Below, piece by piece: positions 42,801-46,349 of a stretch of 46,349 nt of DNA (within the stretch, counting starts at the first letter, position 1; each line of letters begins with the position of its first letter). Source of the stretch: Pseudomonadota bacterium (GTDB lineage Bacteria > Pseudomonadota > Alphaproteobacteria > Caulobacterales > Hyphomonadaceae); NCBI GenBank assembly GCA_038532405.1, contig JBCBAO010000001.1:1-46349 (forward strand), read 5' to 3'. The notes under the pieces were generated by a model that saw nothing but the letters and a program-made list of their open reading frames with translations, was not told where the DNA came from and ran no database searches. Both the position numbers and the translations under genes were made by a program.

Positions 42801-45246
42801 CTTCGTCGATGATCGTTGTGGTGACCAGGCCATCCGCGCTGGTTGTTGCAGTCATCGTCGAATTGACAGACCCATCCGCGTTGCGATCCCAAGTTTGGGA
42901 AATGCGGTTTTGGGTGGCCGCGTCTATGGTGACGGACCGGACTAAGTCTGAGGCTTCGAATGCCCCGTTCTGGTTGAGATCGACCCAGGTTTCAGAAGTG
43001 ACCCTGTCTGCGCCCAAATTTTCTTGAACCATGCTGCGCACGGATCCGTCCGCATTGGTGACCGTAACGGTGTTAGAACGGCTCCCGTCTGCATTGTTTA
43101 TCGTCTGATCAAGAACCGTGGTTTCAAAAACGCCGTCACCATCTGCGTCAACCGAACGCGTGCTTGTCAGCGCATCGTCCGACTGCACATCAATTACGGA
43201 ACTGCGCAAACTGCCATCGCCATTCAAAACATCAAGGGTCGATGTCGTGCCAACTGGGCCAACCACGATCTCCAGATCTTCAAGAGTGTCGGTATCACCG
43301 TCACCATCGAGGTCACGAGCGATTGTCTTGCTCCGACCATCCGCGCTGACGGTTTCCGTAACGGACGAGCGAATGCTGCCATCACCGTTTTTCGTGACAA
43401 TGCTTTCAACGCGGCTGCCGTCTCCGTTGATGACAATCGAATGATCGTTGATCACATCAATAGAACCATCACCATCCGCGTCGATCTGTTCGCTTCGAAT
43501 GAGCCCATCGGCAGAAACGGTTTCCGTGATGCTTCGAATGACCGACCCATCGTCACTGAGTTCCGTGATCACAATAGTCTTGCTACCGTCAGGATGCGTT
43601 GTCCAAGTTTCAACTTGGTCAAACCAACCACCCCCCGTGGAATCCCGTTCGATGGTCACCGTGCCGCCATCGGCACTGGTCGTCGTCACGGTGCGGCTGT
43701 CCAGAATAGCGGTGGCCAGATCACCGCCCACCCAGTTTGTCACCGTCTCTGTCTCGCTGCCATCCGGGTTGGTGACGGTATCGATGGTCTGATAACGATC
43801 AACCACCTCATCACCATTGTCGTCATAGTTATTGACAACAGAAGAACCATCCGGGCTCACCACTGACTGCACGGACATCACCAATGAGCCTGACAGGTCA
43901 TAGGCCTTGGTGGTCGCAACACGATTGCCGCTGGCGTCTGTGGTTTCCGTTTCCTCGACCCGGTAGCCTTGATCGTCGGCTGCCAAAGTGGTGTCAGCCA
44001 CGATACCCGTCGTGCCATCCGTCCAGGTAAAAGTCGTCTGTCCCGTGATGACCGAGCCATCAGGGAACTCTATATTCGTGGCATCAGCCGTCAGATCAAT
44101 CGAAGCAATGCCTAATGCCGTGAGGCTGACCGCTGTCAAAGAGCCATCCGGGTTTGTCACCAAGACCTTGAAATCAGAAAACGCATCATCATTGGCGTCA
44201 AAGACACCGTCGCCGTTGCTGTCAAAAACAGAGCGGAGCGCCTCCATGTCACTGGTTGCGGTCGGGTCCCACTCCGTGAACACAAACTGACGGGCTTCAA
44301 CAATCTTGTTCAGGTTGTCTGGGTCGTAGAACAGTACCCCATCGCCCATTCCCGCCCAGGCGGTTTTCTGGACCAATCCATCTCCGCTGCCATCCATGAA
44401 GACAGTAGACTTGGAAAACTCGGTGATCTGAATGCCATCTCCGTCTAGATCGAGAAGGATCGGCACCATAGCGCCGCCATGACCATCGTGCCCTCGGTCG
44501 CCGGGGTCATTTGAACCGCTGTCATTGCTCGGGCCACCGGATTTACCCGAGTCACCACCGGACTTTCCGGACGTTCCGCCGCCAGATTTGCCCGTATCTC
44601 CACCCGACTTACCGGTGTCTCCGCCTGAATTTCCAGGGCTGCCACCAGACTTACCTGAGTCACCGCCCGATTTTCCGCTACCCTCGTCGCTACTGCCGCC
44701 AGAATCGTCGTTCGAAGCGCCAGACTTGTTACCAGACGAATGCTCGCCAGCTTTGCTATGATCTTTCCCAAAACCACGCGTTTCCGGACCAATATCCGGA
44801 TCTGATGCGGTGTCATCTACATCATCTTTGTCATCCCTCACTCTGCTAACGCCCACGCCTTTCTTGAATTCTTTGTTTGGGTTGTTGACTTGATCCAAAT
44901 GTTCCTTTTGTTCTGCTAGAGCATCTAGACCGTTCAGTTCAAATCCAGGTCTTGTGGGAGCGGTTACGTTATCGGGATTCATCGAATTTGGATTGTGACC
45001 AGTTCTTGGGTCAAAATCTTCGCTGATGTCCATCGTAGTATTGGCGCTGTTAGGAGTGTTAAGTTCGTTGTTTAACGCTTCCATAAATCCTAACTTATCC
45101 ATAGCCTTATCAATGGCTTCTTGCTCTTCATCGCTGATAACGCCGTCTTTTCTGGCTATGGAAATTGTGTTGTTAACATGGTCCCGAAGCTGTTGCTCAC
45201 GCAGGTCAGCAGCAAAGCCTGTGGCATTCTCTAGCGTTTCTTTCAT
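33874..45246 (-). CDS. giant (3790 aa) RTX/VCBS-type calcium-binding secreted repeat protein, probable type I secretion substrate/adhesin
   Basis: A single uninterrupted ORF. After a low-complexity G/S/K N-terminus come about 30 Asp-rich modules (D-x-D-G-D-G, TT..SADGL). Next are two DUF4214-like motifs (FIQQIYENGLGRGP, FVLQAFLNALGRPP). Then come eight RTX nonapeptide (GGxGxDxL) plus HCBP-related modules (IEFSDGVVWTLDDI). The C-terminus is RTX-like and ends in DFVF. Confidence 0.9.
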   Translation of the reverse strand: MKETLENATGFAADLREQQLRDHVNNTISIARKDGVISDEEQEAIDKAMDKLGFMEALNNELNTPNSANTTMDISEDFDPRTGHNPNSMNPDNVTAPTRPGFELNGLDALAEQKEHLDQVNNPNKEFKKGVGVSRVRDDKDDVDDTASDPDIGPETRGFGKDHSKAGEHSSGNKSGASNDDSGGSSDEGSGKSGGDSGKSGGSPGNSGGDTGKSGGDTGKSGGGTSGKSGGDSGKSGGPSNDSGSNDPGDRGHDGHGGAMVPILLDLDGDGIQITEFSKSTVFMDGSGDGLVQKTAWAGMGDGVLFYDPDNLNKIVEARQFVFTEWDPTATSDMEALRSVFDSNGDGVFDANDDAFSDFKVLVTNPDGSLTAVSLTALGIASIDLTADATNIEFPDGSVITGQTTFTWTDGTTGIVADTTLAADDQGYRVEETETTDASGNRVATTKAYDLSGSLVMSVQSVVSPDGSSVVNNYDDNGDEVVDRYQTIDTVTNPDGSETETVTNWVGGDLATAILDSRTVTTTSADGGTVTIERDSTGGGWFDQVETWTTHPDGSKTIVITELSDDGSVIRSITETVSADGLIRSEQIDADGDGSIDVINDHSIVINGDGSRVESIVTKNGDGSIRSSVTETVSADGRSKTIARDLDGDGDTDTLEDLEIVVGPVGTTSTLDVLNGDGSLRSSVIDVQSDDALTSTRSVDADGDGVFETTVLDQTINNADGSRSNTVTVTNADGSVRSMVQENLGADRVTSETWVDLNQNGAFEASDLVRSVTIDAATQNRISQTWDRNADGSVNSTMTATTSADGLVTTTIIDEDGDTDTDTEISDVTIVNGDGSTTTTVSTYNQDGTLRNQYTTDVSADGLTTETTFDEDGDGELEGQSVVTSSVATDGTVTRSVSDYAGDGTTLLYHRVSTESDDRRTITVEEDSDGDGVFDYVRNSVEALDGAQTVTETNFHQDGSVRNAETISISANGLEVTTTQDFDGDGQVDLQVMDVTALNADGSRTQSIEMRNGDGSLRDQMIETVSDDGLTITTRFDADGDGVFERETVSERVLEDDGSQSLTDSTYAGNGTLTSQAVTTVSDDGQVTTTQYDRDADGVFDFSTETATTVLNDGTTSTTVKTLEADGTVRDQSTTTVSDDGRLVVTTTDVNGDGQTNSVYSLAIADDGLATSDLQNLNADGSLQNRFQTVSSADGLSETDLEDRDGDGTFEVSFQATSVYQADGSITTTNRGIAGDGTEFSRSVSTISDDGLSSTTYFDLDGDGVFEQENTSNVSLSVNGVETVTSQSFAADGSLLFNSETVTSADGRTETESVDVDGDGSNDRVYTRVEAADGDVSTTTSLFSSGGTLVSQFETEVSGDGLKRIDTVDRNGDGRAELISTDVTSLETTGYQVRTVTHDNYLNVVLAQEEYILSDDGLRELSQLDFDGDGVFEFQSEDLTVLGLDGSVTRTQTTLNESFETQSFIETTTSADGLVTLTDTDYSGDGVSDRLNTVTLGADGSFHQVVSEYGVGSSLTRETSLQISADDLSSFMSTDLDGDGFVDQTMSLTTDTNLTVSTTYQSLDLSGDATQSITSMVSANEHIASFAFDLDADGTVDVSRETVVTYSASGDEIVTFSEVYPTGQVSFQEVTTTSANGFSQTTTIDYGGDGVDITEQSDTVIHDDGSTTTTTVSTYADGSIHRSFVEEVSADGRSRTETLDYDGNGVPDLVREFTIEANGSEVLVETSFNEAGVEIAQAIITTSADGLTTTITQDDTQQTITRSPIDNGSYTWDNGGNISAGETHYLAEHIVDSFGVETWTLTETTSATGTPAIYEVRLDTVAKARLIDEAAKIFDVVFDRGMATSELERLVLDVQEGELEQSALATRLQGSVEFNTRYGTMSDSEFIQQIYENGLGRGPSLHELNDHLSALADASATRVDLIVDLSESVEKDLVGNGQGDSNNFNTPMNPAVFERATDEAQVATLIDDLFDTVYDREATAQEISYHSERLLEGTETLTDIADSLLALSGETHGVATNSLVSLNDTDFVLQAFLNALGRPPIPDEHGAWAAHLAQGNITRGEFLASLALSVDHQAASGTYLATLTDNPTQVTDGVTTGGWTYISGTSGQDAMTGTGQSDVITGLGGSDELVGGLGVDSLDGGVGSDTYVWSRGDGDDIIHDTSASLTETDTLVLTDVSSSEVTLTRVAGSYDFTISVNGTGGAALSVVSQYYTTWPWFPEFGYGIEQIEFADGVVWTLDDIHAATLVNGTASAENLQGSIHADNLLGGDGADTISGHNGDDTITGGTGNDTLDGQVGSDTYIWSRGDGDDTVSDTSASLTEVDTLVLTDVASSEVTLTRATGSTALEITIAGTGGATLTVTSQYYAMAPNFEFQGHGLERIEFSDGVVWTLNDILAATQVIGTAGLDNLQGTIYDDNLLGEDGADVITGSWGDDTLTGGTGNDTLDGQIGNDTYVWSRGDGDDRISDSSADLTEVDTLVLTDVASSEVTLTRTQGSYDLVITVNGTGGAALTVASQYYTTWPWFPEFGHGIEQIEFGDGVVWTLDDIHGATQINGTVAAETLNGSIYADNLFGDAGADVITGHNGNDVLVGGAGHDTLNGENGHDTFIWSKGDGNDRLSDTGLALDDVDTLKLQDVASTDANLTQVGNDLQIEIISTGEIITVVSRFYSASQNYGVEYIEFSDGVVVEVLSDPVAQSVVTGTGGNDLLQGWGFTDTILGEAGNDTLYGGGGNDHLTGGVGVDVLSGQAGSDTYTWSRGDCDDRIQDGSASLTEVDTLVLTDVASSEVSLTRANGSSDLVITIGETGGATLTVVSQYYTLAPLFSQYGYGLERIEFSDGVVWTLDDILAATQVNGTAGADNLQGSIYDDNLFGEDGADVLSASWGNDVLTGGTGNDTLDGQLGNDAYVWSRGDGDDQIQDTSASLAEVDTLVLTDVASSEVTLTRATGSTNLVITIAGTGGATLTVVSQYYSVWPTFELQGHGLERIEFSDGVVWTLDDILAATQVNGTAGADNLQGSAYDDNLFGYDGADVISGHFGDDALIGGTGNDTLDGQTGNDTYIWSRGDGDDRISDSSADLSEVDTLRLTDVASGDVTLTRANGSNDLVITVAGTGGATLTVVSQYYVPWPSLAHQGHGLERIEFSDGVAWTLDDIFAATQLIGTTGADNLQGTVYDDNILGADGADVLSGSNGDDQLTGGAGNDTLQGQVGSDTYTWSRGDGDDRIQDGSGALTEIDTLVLTDVASSEVTLTRVNGSNDLTITITGTGGATLTVVSQYYTLHPWYAEYGYGLEQIEFSDGVVWTLDDILAATQVNGAAGADNLQGSIYDDNLFGEDGADVLTGSNGDDQLTGDAGNDTLTGGTGSDSFIFADGYGQDTINDFDPSKVGEVLDLRGVSSIASFADLIANHASEVGTSVVIDEGGGNTITLLNTSLSDLTENNVLTFDALAYIASHPDLLAAFGANEIAGTSHYFNHGIAEGRTVTFDAAQYLTNYSDLQVLYGNDYAAATAHYINHGFAEGRNPSTDPLLVGSASHDTISGRTIDDSIIGNAGNDILSGLEGDDTLEGGDGVDVLYGGYGNDHLIAGSAATGAWQVLQGQAGDDTYWLDSSGGWTTLGYEADNGGNDRVVFTDLNLSDFSSIVQHPNPSMTESIIFNGPSGLTVHVHGIAFTTGGATNFETYEFADGTEINAFDFGGAGADTLSGGSSNDYFDGGAGSDVFVFADNYGDDVINGFDATDDAEDIDLSGIASIASFADLTSVMTQEGSDVVIDTGTGTITLLGVNLADLHEQDFVF
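35160..38960 (-). repeat. eight tandem coding modules of about 425-473 bp (about 153 aa each) inside the giant gene
   Basis: A landmark recurs on the plus strand near 35339, 35797, 36257, 36717, 37190, 37615, 38075 and 38535. It reads catccagcgtccagacgacgccgtccgagaactcaat or a variant. Each module encodes WSRGDGDD...LVLTDVASSEVTLTR...IEFSDGVVWTLDDI. Confidence 0.8.
44534..44683 (-). repeat. about seven tandem 21-nt (one 24-nt) coding repeats encoding G-K-S-G-G-D-S/T units
   Basis: Plus-strand units are ccaccggatttacccgagtca, ccaccggactttccggacgtt, ccacccgacttaccggtgtct, ccaccagacttacctgagtca and similar. The protein reads GKSGGDSGKSGGSPGNSGGDTGKSGGDTGKSGG. Confidence 0.7.
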
Positions 45247-45288
45247 GTTTTAAGACCTTGATGTTAATGGCTTTAGCAAGAGGCTGAC

Positions 45289-46065
45289 TTACTGATCACG
45301 GAGACGCTCCACTAAATTGGATAGTATGAATTCGACGTAAGACGCTTCTGCCGTGAGCTTGCAAAGGTAAAAAAACTCCCCAGAGAATTGCTCATTGCAT
45401 ATTGTTCGCAGTCTTTGGGCTTCTGCTTCTATTCGTTGGTGGTCCACGGGATTAAAGAGACCCGAATTAGTTTGTAGCAGATCACTCGAATAAGCTTGGG
45501 TAGCATCCGCCAAAGCCAAATCACAAAGTTCTTGATTGGTCGAGTAAATACACTGCTCGGATGCGGGTGCGAAGCAGTCTAAAAATGCTCGCGACGCATA
45601 AGGCCCAATATGAATATCAGAAAGACATTTGGAGTAAGGCGAAGCTATCGCTTCAATCCAGGGCGAAACAACAACATCTTTATTCTTTTTTTCTGAAACC
45701 AAAATTTGGGCAAAAATGGTTTCCGGGAGGCCATTTCTTTCACTCCCTGGTGCCGAAGAAATAGGCGCCGAATTGGGAAACCTTAATCGATCTTTCCGTA
45801 TGTGATCGAGAGTAAGCAGTGGAGCTTCTTCATCGATTTGGCCAATCAAAAACTCTGCAACACTATCGCAATGGTTGGCTTCGTTCACGTCTTCTAGAGC
45901 CAAAAACGCATAGTTTGCATCACATACCAGATACTTGTCATGTATGCCTTCAGCTTGTTGCGCTTTGGCCTGTCCAGTGTACGCGATTAAAGAGAATGCA
46001 ATTGTCGCGGTCAAAAAAACGTTCAGACGCATCTGTTTTAAGATCATTACCCCAAACAATCCCAA
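45289..46065 (-). CDS. Cys-containing secreted/periplasmic hypothetical protein, upstream of and co-oriented with the giant gene
   Basis: 258-aa track ORF. A likely signal peptide MRLNVFLTATIAFSLIAYTGQAKA begins at the Met at 46032. The gene is AT-rich, with a 42-nt gap to the giant gene. The C-terminal QRLRTICNEQF...YLCKLT is faintly DUF1311-like, so function is unassigned. Confidence 0.55.
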   Translation of the reverse strand: MGLFGVMILKQMRLNVFLTATIAFSLIAYTGQAKAQQAEGIHDKYLVCDANYAFLALEDVNEANHCDSVAEFLIGQIDEEAPLLTLDHIRKDRLRFPNSAPISSAPGSERNGLPETIFAQILVSEKKNKDVVVSPWIEAIASPYSKCLSDIHIGPYASRAFLDCFAPASEQCIYSTNQELCDLALADATQAYSSDLLQTNSGLFNPVDHQRIEAEAQRLRTICNEQFSGEFFYLCKLTAEASYVEFILSNLVERLRDQ

Positions 46066-46349
46066 AATTGTTAAACCTAGAAAAGTAAATCAAACACTCG
46101 TTACAGGTTTCAATCAAATTTTGGTCACGCTCTTGAGGCTGTTTAAGCAGCCCACCTGAAGTGTGCATTGAAACCAAACCACACGTTTCGGAACCTGTCA
46201 CTGCCCCCTGATTCCCGCATAAAGGGTATCAGGTACAATTCACTTTGCAACCTGACCTTGCACCGTGACACGGGCCGTTTAGAAACGCGACCCATTTATG
46301 TTATTTTCTCTTTATATGATTGCAGTCGAGATTTTCTAGGTGGAGCATT

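Noticed and set aside
43024-43866. 280-aa plus-strand ORF, with many other 60-180-aa ORFs between 34 and 45 kb on both strands
   Set aside because: All lie inside, mostly antisense to, the uninterrupted 3790-aa repeat gene. They are shadow ORFs of repetitive GC-rich coding sequence.

Overview
High-GC (roughly 60-68% on sampled lines) alphaproteobacterial-type chromosome. Two core metabolic genes (crotonase, family III CoA-transferase) run into a truncated tRNA-Arg(UCU) 3-prime fragment at about 1.8 kb. To its right lies a mosaic genomic island, possibly several accreted elements. It carries three recombinases (P4-like tyrosine integrase, large serine recombinase, short tyrosine recombinase), an IS630-like remnant and an apparently intact IS1182-family IS. 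A mobilisation-type backbone holds two paralogous VirD4/TraD-like ATPases, a replication-relaxation-like protein, DUF3768 and XRE regulators, but no mating-pair-formation genes. Several compositionally foreign cargo cassettes are embedded. Two look like candidate undescribed conflict systems. (1) A low-GC three-gene operon at 4232-8817 encodes a TM-less GAF histidine kinase, a receiver domain fused to an MbcA/ParS-type antitoxin, and a RES-domain toxin. This would be a toxin-antitoxin pair wired to a two-component phosphorelay. (2) A three-gene operon at 21981-24963 encodes a DarT-like ADP-ribosyltransferase-fold protein, a P-loop nucleotide-kinase-like protein, and a kinase-like domain fused to a divergent adenylosuccinate-synthetase (PurA/PurZ-like) domain. 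Other cargo includes YegP, an XRE/ImmA pair and a lipase-type alpha/beta hydrolase fused to HEAT-like repeats. There is also an operon for a secreted endonuclease I-EEP fusion nuclease plus a PLD (HKD) enzyme. A 3790-aa RTX/VCBS-type giant secreted protein contains eight approximately 460-bp tandem modules. I found no CRISPR array, rRNA or intact tRNA. All family assignments are motif-level readings of the translated ORFs, made without database searches.
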